Shown one piece after another: positions 34,307 to 45,200 of a stretch of 55,034 nt of DNA (the stretch's first letter is position 1; each line of letters opens with the position of its first letter). Under the pieces are notes generated by a model. It saw nothing but the letters and a program-made list of their open reading frames with translations, was not told the origin of the DNA and searched no databases. The stretch spans positions 1 to 55,034 of the forward strand of contig NIVC01000159.1 of NCBI GenBank assembly GCA_002269645.1. The letters are read 5' to 3'. Both the position numbers and the translations under genes were made by a program. The DNA is from Macrostomum lignano (taxonomy: Eukaryota).

Positions 34307-35989
34307 GACTGGCGTGGTGAACTAGCAAGTGCTTGATCTCCCGGGCCCGCGGCAGACGAGACCAAATTCTGATCCGACCAGCAGTAGGGCGGAGGCAGCA
34401 ACCGGACTCCTGGCCGCTCTGAAATTCTTTTGCGACTGAAAACCGAGGGATGGGAAGCCTGGAAGCGGAAAGGCTTTGGTCGAATTGGACAGAGTTTCCA
34501 GGGGGCTGTGCATGAGAGCAGGCCGGGAGTGCACACCGCTGCGACTGCAAAGGGTTGGCGTTCCCTCTTCCCCACCCTTCCCTCCCTTCGCCTCCCTCTC
34601 TGGGTGGTCTTTCCTGTTTCCCTACGCTGCAGATCTGTAGCATGGGAGAGAGAAGAGAGGAATGAACGCGCCATTGGGGAAGGACTGCGAGGCAGAGAGG
34701 GGAACAGGGAACGGAGAGGTTGGCTACAAGTTCAGCCAAGGTCTTCACCCCGCTGCGACCCAACCTAAATCCCAACAACACGCACTGGGCGCCTCTAATA
34801 GCCCAGGGCACCGCGTTCTCTTTGCCGGACTCAAGCCGGGCAAGACGCGGCTGGCACAGGACTGAGACTGAGACGGGGGGGGGCGCACAGAGGCAAGCAC
34901 GGGGGACGGGCTTAGCGATCGAAGCGATCCATGCCGCCCACCCCCAATCTCTGGCAAGGCTCACGCAGTTCTCACCGCATCTTCTAACGAACTCATATCT
35001 CATTACAGCGTCATCACGTTCACGCTAGAAGGGAAAGATTAAGGAAGCAGACGGATGCTGTGTAGCCCCCCCTCCGTATTACGGAAAGCGGGTAACCCCT
35101 AATATTTGTGTAATTAAATTAGTAAGCTTTATTTGGTCGCTACTCGCGCGCTTCACTTCCTTCTAGTTTTTATGAAACGAAAAAATCTCGCTCCAGGTCC
35201 TACAGGTAGGACGTGCAGCTCGTACATGTACAGTACGAGCGTAAAGAGTTGAATCTGCACATCTGAAACATCGCTTTTGGGGATCACAAACGGTTGAAAA
35301 AAGCCACTATGAAAGAAATGAGAGATTCTCAATCTAGATATTTGCCTGATGTTTATTACTGAAACTTAATACACGTTAATTTAAATGATACGATGTATTT
35401 TGGTGCTTCTGAAGCTTCTAATAAGACAGAGTGGATTCTATAAGCGTTCGATGTATTTCGATAAAAGTGCTGTAGTGTTACTGAAGTCAGTTTACATATC
35501 TAAAAAAACTGTGTGCTCAAGAAAACTTTTTGTTGTGGATCCTCAGAAAAGCTGCTATCTTCGTGTTCTACTTGCGCTAGACAATCCCCGAGTTTAGGCC
35601 CCGAGTTTAGCTACGGCTTTTCAAGACCTAACAAGCCGCCTCCGCGCTAAACCAAATTGAGCTCTAAGAGCTCCGAACGAAACTTGAGACGTCAAACTCA
35701 ATCAGGACCATTCGAAATTGCTGCTGAGTTCGAGGAGATTTTTCTGCCCGGGAAGATGCTTGTCTGGGACAGACATCTCGACTTCAATCCATGTGCTCAA
35801 CGGAGTTCCTTCTTTTTCCCCGCTTCCATGGGCGATGAGCGTCGGCATGGATTTTATGGTGAGGGGATTAGACCTAAGAGCTAATGCTGGATCAGATGTA
35901 GTTACATGCAACGAATGTTTTCAGTAGAATTATAAGAAAATTATCTAACAGAATAAGATTGACGGTATTGTTCAGCAAACAAATCCACA

Positions 35990-37835
35990 GCTCAGTTAGC
36001 CTGGTCGGGGGCAGGCAGTTAAACCCCCAGCCAATCAAAATGCGTGAACTCCCCTACGGCTCAGTTAGCCCGGTCGGGGGCAGACAGTTAAACCCCCAGC
36101 CAATCAAAATGCGTGAACTCCCCTACGGCTCAGTTAGCCCGGTCGGGGGCAGACAGTTAAACCCCCAGCCAATCAAAATGCGTGAACTCCCCTACGGCTC
36201 AGTTAGCCCGGTCGGGGGCAGACAGTTAAACCCCCAGCCAATCAAAATGCGTGAACTCCCCTACGGCTCAGTTAGCCCGGTCGGGGGCAGGCAGTTAAAC
36301 GCCCAGCCAATCAAAATGCGTGAACTCCCCTACGGCTCAGTTAGCCCGGTCGGGGCAGACAGTTAAACCCCCAGCCAATCAAAATGCGTGAACTCCCCTA
36401 CGGCTCAGTTAGCCCGGTCGGGGGCAGACAGTTAAACCCCCAGCCAATCAAAATGCGTGAACTCCCCTACGGCTCAGTTAGCCCGGTCGGGGGCAGACAG
36501 TTAAACCCCAGCCAATCAAAATGCGTGAACTCCCCTACGGCTCAGTTAGCCCGGTCGGGGGCAGACAGTTAAACCCCCAGCCAATCAAAATGCGTGAACT
36601 CCCCTACGGCTCAGTTAGCCCGGTCGGGGGCAGACAGTTAAACCCCCAGCCAATCAAAATGCGTGAACTCCCCTACGGCTCAGTTAGCCCGGTCGGGGGC
36701 AGACAGTTAAACCCCCAGCCAATCAAAATGCGTGAACTCCCCTACGGCTCAGTTAGCCCGGTCGGGGGCAGACAGTTAAACCCCCAGCCAATCAAAATGC
36801 GTGAACTCCCCTACGGCTCAGTTAGCCCGGTCGGGGGCAGACAGTTAAACCCCCAGCCAATCAAAATGCGTGAACTCCCCTACGGCTCAGTTAGCCCGGT
36901 CGGGGCAGACAGTTAAACCCCCAGCCAATCAAAATGCGTGAACTCCCCTACGGCTCAGTTAGCCCGGTCGGGGGCAGACAGTTAAACCCCAGCCAATCAA
37001 AATGCGTGAACTCCCCTACGGCTCAGTTAGCCCGGTCGGGGGCAGACAGTTAAACCCCCAGCCAATCAAAATGCGTGAACTCCCCTACGGCTCAGTTAGC
37101 CCGGTCGGGGGCAGACAGTTAAACCCCCAGCCAATCAAAATGCGTGAACTCCCCTACGGCTCAGTTAGCCCGGTCGGGGGCAGACAGTTAAACCCCCAGC
37201 CAATCAAAATGCGTGAACTCCCCTACGGCTCAGTTAGCCCGGTCGGGGGCAGACAGTTAAACCCCCAGCCAATCAAAATGCGTGAACTCCCCTACGGCTC
37301 AGTTAGCCCGGTCGGGGGCAGGCAGTTAAACCCCCAGCCAATCAAAATGCGTGAACTCCCCTACGGCTCAGTTAGCCCGGTCGGGCAGACAGTTAAACCC
37401 CCAGCCAATCAAAATGCGTGAACTCCCCTACGGCTCAGTTAGCCCGGTCGGGGGCAGACAGTTAAACCCCCAGCCAATCAAAATGCGTGAACTCCCCTAC
37501 GGCTCAGTTAGCCCGGTCGGGGGCAGACAGTTAAACGCCCAGCCAATCAAAATGCGTGAACTCCCCTACGGCTCAGTTAGCCCGGTCGGGGGCAGACAGT
37601 TAAACCCCCAGCCAATCAAAATGCGTGAACTCCCCTACGGCTCAGTTAGCCCGGTCGGGGCAGACAGTTAAACCCCCAGCCAATCAAAATGCGTGAACTC
37701 CCCTACGGCTCAGTTAGCCCGGTCGGGGGCAGGCAGTTAAACGCCCAGCCAATCAAAATGCGTGAACTCCCCCACGGCTCAGTTAGCCCGGTCGGGGGCA
37801 GGCAGTTAAACGCCCAGCCAATCAAAATGCGTGAA
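35990..37835. repeat. 69-bp minisatellite, ~27 copies, intergenic
   Basis: CAGTTAAACCCCCAGCCAATCAAAATGCGTGAACTCCCCTACGGCTCAGTTAGCCCGGTCGGGGGCAGA; 23-aa periodic ORFs. Confidence 0.97.
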
Positions 37836-38055
37836 TTCCAAGTCGCATAGATAAGAGACAGCACTGCAAGTTCTACACAAGCAAGCAAATTTTATTTAAA
37901 ATATTTTTCGCCGTATATTTAAATGAAGCTTATGAAAATGGCACAGCTACAGAAATAATGACCTGAGCGAATTTAGCAATTAGATACCGCGATTTCCCTC
38001 AGCACAAGTCTGAGTTTTATTTGAGTTCAATATACGCTCGCAAAATATCAGTTGC

Positions 38056-38715
38056 TCATTCGCTTTTGAGTCGCATTAGCGGAGCTCTCTCGATGCCGTC
38101 GTTGGCAGAGGCTGCCGCGGCCGACCCGCACGGGCAGCTGAGGGTTTTTCGCACCCGCTTCATCCTATTTAGCTGTGGATGCTGGAGCGGAGTCTCGCGA
38201 TGAAGCGACTGAATGATGGGCTGCAGCTCGGCGCTCAAAGCCTGCACAGCTTGCTCCAGTTTCTGAGCAGCCTGTTGAGATCGCTGGTGCGGCTGCACTG
38301 CGACTGTCTGGGCGGCTGCAGCTTGAGCAACGTTCCCGCGGGCTGGAGCTGCTGCAACGGATGCGGCCAGGCTAGCTACATCCTGTGGAACCTCTTCTTG
38401 ACCGCTGCATGAGCAGCAGCAGCAGCAGTCGATGTGGCTTTCCAGCGCAATGACCAATATAACCATCACGATGGCTGACAGAATGCCAATCTCCACCAGG
38501 GCTAGCGGCTGCTGGTCATACGATGAGGCAGCTGACGTTGGAGTAGCTGATGCAGCTGAACTGGGCTGCTGAGAGGTGTGGCTTGAAACAGGCTCTGGCT
38601 CAGTACTGCTGGGTGCTTCTGCCGGAACTGCGGGCATTGAATTCGCTGCGATGTTGAGGCAAAGTATAACGGCAACTGAGATGAAGGCTTTCAAGCTGCC
38701 TGTTGAGGGTTTCAT
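38056..38715 (-). CDS. 219-aa single-pass membrane protein: signal peptide, S/T/P stalk, TM, CCCCCSC string, coiled-coil-like tail
   Basis: Start MKPSTGSLKAFISVAVILCLNIAANS. TM LVEIGILSAIVMVILVIAL. Tail QQAAQKLEQAVQALSAEL. Intronless ORF. Confidence 0.75.
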   Translation of the reverse strand: MKPSTGSLKAFISVAVILCLNIAANSMPAVPAEAPSSTEPEPVSSHTSQQPSSAASATPTSAASSYDQQPLALVEIGILSAIVMVILVIALESHIDCCCCCSCSGQEEVPQDVASLAASVAAAPARGNVAQAAAAQTVAVQPHQRSQQAAQKLEQAVQALSAELQPIIQSLHRETPLQHPQLNRMKRVRKTLSCPCGSAAAASANDGIERAPLMRLKSE

Positions 38716-39859
38716 TTCAGTGCGGTTGCAGCAGCGCAACCCTCTCAATCTGATCGAGTTGTGTATGCGTCTCAATAATGAGGTTTATGGATTACTTGTA
38801 AGTGTCAGTGACGACCTCGCTCTCGCCGTAATTATATAGAGGTGGCTGTGCGGCACGGTTCCCTAATTGCAGCTCTATAAATGCGTCATTGCCGAACCGA
38901 TCTGGAATCCGTTACGCAAAACTTGCAAGCATCTGGAACTGTACAAAGCTTTGAAAGGCGTGTGTTTTTAGCAGACTTATTTATAGAGCACCTGTTTATA
39001 TTAGGATGAATAGAGTAATTAAAAAACACAGAACTCGATATTTTGCGCATGTTTTTGGCCCGATGAACAAATTTCGGCTTGCGTGTTCTGTAGCTCGATT
39101 CGAAATAAAGTATGTAAAGCGGTTGTTTTTTTTTACCGTGGGAGTGGTCAGATATTCAATTTAGACTAATTCAGAAAAGTAGAAGAATAAAGATTTGAAT
39201 TGTAAAATCTCTCACATAGTCCGAAAAAGTGGCGTGTGGCTATGGCTAACTAAATAGCTTTTAATCCAGAAACCAGTCTCGGTCAACCTGCACGAGGTTC
39301 GACCCCCATTTTTAGTGTGTCGCAGCTGGGGTTCACAGGGGGTCACAGGGGGTCACGAGCCAGTGCCACAACATGAAGCCCATAAAATGTCATTGCTTGC
39401 TTTGCTACAAAAGTTTTATCTCTCGATGATCAAAACAAAAAAGGAAATTATTTTCGCAAGATTTTTGGCACCCCACGAACGATATTTTGGTCACATATCA
39501 GCCACATATAGTGTCTATATTCTACTAATTCCTGAGCTCGTACAAACAGATAATGTGTACGCAGGCATGCACTCATGCGAGCGTATATACACACGCTCGC
39601 ACAGGATGTTATTTTTTTTTTCCGACGAAATCAAGAGTCCCAAAGAGTCCTCCTTTGGGAGAGGAGGACTTTTATAGCGTTGGAAGCAAAAAAACTCTGC
39701 ATCAAAAATATCAATACAGGCCCGTACATTTATTCTGCAAATGTACTGTCTCTTCACTTTACGGTGTCTTTTTGGTCTCCACAAAAGCTGTCACAATAAG
39801 AAGGATGTGAGTGAGGCATATGCTGATAACCATGACCAATTTGCCAGACAGTAAATAAT

Positions 39860-41700
39860 ACAGCTAACGTTCTCCACACCGACCGGTCTTACTACGATTA
39901 TAAAATTTGGCTTCTGAAATTTTGCAGCGAGTGATGACCTCCGTCCTCAGCGGCCTCCAAGGCGTATGCTCGGTGCACGATGACATTCTGGTATATGCGG
40001 CGAGGGACATCAAACAACACAACCAGCGCCTAACAGACTGTCTGTCCCGACTGAAAGAGCACAACATCACGCTGAACCCCTAGAAACTTGGACTTCCTTG
40101 TGGACTTCCTCGCTATGCAAATTTAGAGCAGTTGGCATCCACCCAAGCCAGGAGAAAGTGGAAGCCGTTAACAACTTTAAGCGACAAACCAATCCAACAG
40201 AAGTACGATCGATCCTCTGCCTGGTCACTTTTGTGGTACGCTTCATCAGCAACCTATCGGACAGTTGCGAGATCTGAAAAGGCAAGCCGCTGAGTGGACT
40301 TGGGGTGAACAGCAAGAAGCCGCGTTCAACGACTTAAGCTTTAAGTTAACCATCGCTTAGCAGCCAGGCACTGGCATTCTTCGACAGCAAACTGCACCCC
40401 CAGCTGATCGTGGATGCCAGCCAACTGGGGTCGGCGCCATCCTAGCTCAAGTCCAGCGTGACGGGTCGACGCGGCCAGTGGCCTACGCCAGTTGCAGCCT
40501 GAGCGCCACGGAGCAGCGTTATTCCCAGATCGAACGAGAAGCCCTGGCGGTGAAATACGGCGGCCTAAAGTTCCATCATTACCTGAGCGGCGGCGGGTCC
40601 TTCAAAGTCATCACCGACCACATGCCGCTGGTGTCTCTATTCAGGCCTGGATTTCGGGCCGCCTCGCATCGAGCGTATGGCTCTTCGCCTTCATGATCTG
40701 GTCTTCCAGATGGTGTACCAGCCGGGAGCTAATAACCCATCTGATGTACTGAGCCGCCAGCCTCTGCTGAGGCCACCAAAAAACGTCGGGGAGCATGCGG
40801 ACGCCGTCTACATGGCTTCGGCGGTGGAAGCGGCAACCCCAGTGTCCATTAACTCAGCAACCATTAAAGCAGCCTCAAACCAAGACGCCATCACCAAAGC
40901 AGCAATCCACGACATCCGATGCCACCGCTTGGACAAAGGCAACCCGGACCTCAAGGGGCAGCACGGCGTGGCTCACGAGCTGTCGGAGACAGATGGTATG
41001 CTTCTGCGCAACAGCCAGCTGTACATGCCCTCGGCGCTGCGATATCGATGCCTGCAGCTAGCGCACCAGGGCCGCCAGGGCATGAAAAAGACTCTGGAGC
41101 GCCTGCAAACGAAGGTCTGGTGGCCAGGCAGGAGGACATCGATAGAGGCGCACGTGGCCTCCCGCAGAAGCTGTCAAGTTTGCACCAGCGCGACTACACC
41201 TAGAGCTACGCCCCTGAAACCGACTGAACTTCCAGACGGGCCCTGGCTCGAACTCGGGATGGACTTCCTGAGGCCTGTGAACGGCAAGTCGTGGCTTGTG
41301 TACACCGACCAATTCTCAAGGTTACCAGTGGTGGAGATCATGTCCAGCACCACAGCCTCCGCCGTCACCCGTACTCCGGAAGTGGTTCAGCACCTTCGGA
41401 CAACCTGCCAAAGTGCAGACGACGGACAACGGACCGCCCTTCGCATCATTCGAGTTCAGCAACTTTTTGTCAGAGCAAGGCGCGCGACACCACAGAATCA
41501 CATCGCTCTACCCACAAGCTAATGGAGCAACAGAGCGGTGTAACTAGGGACTCAACAAGGACATCCGTGCAGCCATGGCCGAAGGCAGGGACTGGACGGT
41601 GGCCGTCGATGAGTAACTTGCAGCGTACAGGCGCACCCCGCACTGTGGTCACGGGTGTCGCTCCAGCCAGTCTTCTGTTTGGAAAACATTTGGCATCCAA
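39860..41700 (+). mobile_element. Degenerate 5'-truncated Ty3/Gypsy LTR-retrotransposon pol (RT-RNaseH-integrase)
   Basis: RT SVHDDILVY. RNaseH LIVDAS...PVAYASCSLSATEQRYSQIEREALAV...VITDH. Integrase zinc finger HQGRQGMKKT...WWPG...CQVC and core DNGPPF...YPQANGATER. Many frameshifts and stops. Gag and protease not seen. Confidence 0.92.
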
Positions 41701-41743
41701 AGCCTGTTTCTTTTTATTTCCCAATGATTTTTAATCCGCGCTT

Positions 41744-42090
41744 GGGGAGAGGAATGTAACATGTGACGCCGTCAGCTATGATTTTAGAGCTATGGGGTGC
41801 ATGTACATGCCATTCTATTTATCTTACTATGCCTACGCGCGCACTCAGCATGCACTTCTCACACATGCACGTTGTTCAATATGCAAATCGATGTACATCG
41901 CTGCTACAATATAAATGCTAATGTTGGGGGGGCTAACCTTTTCTTCGCTCATCGTAAGCTCCGGCCTAGATATTATAGTCATTTCACTGATTTCACTGGC
42001 AAAAAAATATTATTCCAAATTAAATAATACTAGCTCGATCCTGTTAGCTAAAAAAACAGATAGGGGCCAACTGTGCCAAATACAATCAAA
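41744..42090 (+). mobile_element. Polypurine tract and probable start of the 3' LTR; right end uncertain
   Basis: GGGGAGAGGAA (41744-41754) immediately followed by TGTAAC, just after the integrase. No matching 5' LTR found in the window. Confidence 0.55.
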
Positions 42091-42229
42091 TGTGGCATTT
42101 AGAATTAAGAATCGTGTCCACTGCTAAACGTGTATCGCATTTTAACAAGCAATTAGGCTCTAGTAAACAAGAAATGCAAGTTTCGTGGGGCCTTTTTAGC
42201 CAAGTTGTTTTGCTCGAGCCAGTTACTAC

Positions 42230-45200
42230 TGGCCTACTAGGCCTACTTTCTACTACTTTTGTCAAATTGCAAATTGATTAATAGTTCACAGTTATAGGCC
42301 TAAGGCTATACTGAATTCCGGTTTAGAATAAAAAAATAACCAAGAGCTGTCTTCATTAGTTGAGTAAACTAATGTTGAAGACATTGTTGGCTTTGTTCCA
42401 ATTAAACAGTAAAGTCAGAAATTAATTGGACTATATTTGTAAAGTTTAGACTTGGTGTTGCTTAGGCCTACACTTTAATTTAAGGCCAAATTTTCTTAGG
42501 CCTATAGGCCTATTTTTTAAAGTGAAATGTGAAATGAGCATATGCCTTTGATGTTATATTTCATTGATGCTATATTTCATCCATTCATGTAGCTAGTACT
42601 AGTAGTAGGCTTAGCCTACTTGCTACTTAAGTAACTTAATTCTTAATTAATATAGTAGAGTTAGGCCTAGGCTACCAACATCTCTACAATAGGCTACCCT
42701 TTATATTGTTGAGCCTTTAGCCTATAGATATATCTAGATATTTTATATTTATAATCCTTAAGTTATAGGAATTTAAATAATAGGGCCTATTATTAGTATT
42801 AATTCCCTAATTTAATTTTACATAGGCCTATTCAAAAAACTTCACTTAGGCCTAATCCTATTGTTTCTAAAAATATTCATTTCTTAAATACAAGATAGGC
42901 CTATGCCTTGTTCAAATTACTTAAACCTATTTTATTTATATTTGAATATATTCATTGACAACATATGGGATTGACAAATTGAAGTTAGTCACATTACTAA
43001 TAAATATTGTTTTTTTGTTTTTTGTTTTTTTTGTCATTTTGGATACCTCTTATAACTGTCTATCAAAATTCAGAAAAAGAAAAATAGAAGTATTTTAACA
43101 ACTTAAGCTTGAAAAATTGTATTTAATTTAGAATATTAGGCCTAGACTATATAGTATATGCCTTAGGCTAGGTAGGCCTAGGCTATAATATAGTTTATAA
43201 TTCTAAATTAGGCTTACTTAAATTTAATAGGGGGCCTAAAATACTAATAGGCATGTTATTAATAAATTGATAGGCCTAATAGTAGATTAAAAGTCCTAAA
43301 ATCTCAAAATTCTAAAAAATATTAATCTTATATTATCAATATTATTATTATTATAGGGCCTATTGTTACAAGGCCAACTCTTCCATTGGAGGAAAAAGGG
43401 GAAGAACTCTTATCACTAGAATTCCATTCCCTGAAATCCATTAGCTATATCCTATAACCTAAGGCTAAATCCAATCATCTAAATCCTCTCCAAAATCCAT
43501 TAAAATCATTTCCATAAAATAGAAATCCCTAAAAATCTTCTCTATGAAACAGAACAGATATTTATCAAAATTCTTTCCATGAAATGAAACTCTATCAATA
43601 TTATCTCCTTCAAGTTTTAATCCATGAAGTTAACAGACTGTTGAATTGAAGTGTATAAAAAGGTGCTTTCTAATTGTCTAGCCTTAATATATTCAAAATA
43701 CAGTATTTAGTAGTTAGGGTTAAGATTAGAGCTGCACAGAGCTGCCTATTAAAAGGTGCTAGTAAAAAATGGAACCAATTGATTGTGCAATTGATTTTAG
43801 TCAGTATCAGTCTTAGTTAAAGTTGATAAAATGATTGTGAAATCTAAATCATATATGCCCAACACCCATCCAGCCTATCCAAACTAAATGGGTAAAATGG
43901 CTATTGGCCAAGGTAAGTCGCAAAATTGAAAATGCAAAAAACAAAAAATTGGAGGAAAAAGAAAGGAGAGAAAGAGAAAAGGAAAAGAAAGGAAAGAGAA
44001 GAGAGAGAGAAGAAAGAGGAAAGAAAAAGAAAAAAAGAGAAAAAGGCAAGAAAAGTCATATAGAAAATGAAAATTAAGTCGCAATTGGGAGGAACTAAGT
44101 CGCAAATCTGGTCAAAACTAAGTTGCACTAGACAGTGAAATTTTAAGGCTGGGCATATATGATCTAAATCAACCCTCCAATATACTGCAGCAATTAGAAG
44201 TTAAAGCCCCCAAATTTATTTATTGCGTCTTGCAAAAATAAGTACAATCTTTACAGAAAGTTAAAAGTATAGAAATTTTCTTGAATGTTATGCTTTTAGT
44301 TTTCATACTTAAAGCAAACAACTTAAATCCCCAAACTTAGCATTAAAATATCTTTCTAGCAACATAAGTCTTTTCTCTCAAAGTTCAAAACTCAAGTAAC
44401 AGTTTGTGTTTGAAATTTCCCAGTTTAAAGCATTGAATTTTTGAGTGTTATACATTCAGTGCCTGCTACAGAAGTTTATGCATTGAATTTCACTGTTTGC
44501 CAGTTAGCAATGGTCTAAGTGTACACACATAGCCACTTAGAATGCCCCCATCCCCCACTGGAAAGAAAATGCACTGCTAAGATAGGCAAAAGTTGTGGTG
44601 CAACCATTCAAAATTGATGCAAATTTAAGAGATTTCTTATTTTTTAATTTTATAAATAAATATAGATTTGTATATTTATATTATGAAATGCTAAGTAGGC
44701 TTGTCCTTGATAAAAATTAATATGATTTATTTACATTGAAAAATTAATAAAATTTAAAATTGATATCATATTATAATATAATGTACCTTTTTAGATATGT
44801 TGAGGCCTAGCCAAAATTTTTCTTTAAAGAGATAAGCTATTAAGATTTTCTTCTAAGTTTAAAAATTCTATCTCTCCATAAAATAGGCCTTTTTAATAAA
44901 ATTAAATATTACACATATACAATACCCAGCCAAGTTGGCTAATCCAGCTAGCTTATAAAGGGCCTAACCAAAGTAAATTGCAAAAATGGTCACCTAAAAA
45001 TAGATTTGAGTACTAATAATGCAGTCATAGTTACTCTTGCCATTTATCATATAAAATTATATTCATTTTGCTTAGGTTTTTTCATAACTAAGTTACATTT
45101 TTGGTCAAAAAAGTGTGACTAATATGTTGTATAGTTTGTGTAAATGAAGGGGTTGTGCATATATGTTAAATTTATTATATGTTATGCTATTTCTAATATA

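Noticed and set aside
34290-35028. 237-aa and shorter ORFs upstream of the receptor CDS
   Set aside because: All three frames stop before the main ATG after the predicted splice. They are more consistent with a GC-rich leader or promoter.
6171-37835. Arrays of 26-69-bp repeats as CRISPR loci
   Set aside because: Units are head-to-tail with no unique spacers, there are no cas genes, and the context is eukaryotic.
39646-39670. Hairpin AGTCCTCCT-7nt-AGGAGGACT (and GCCCC-AAAG-GGGGC near 12467) as Helitron 3' ends
   Set aside because: No CTRR terminus at the expected spacing with an A|T target, and no matching 5' TC end identified.
43849-44128. Phe/Leu/Ser-rich minus-strand ORFs resembling membrane peptides
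   Set aside because: They are translations of the A/G-only tract inside the MITE.
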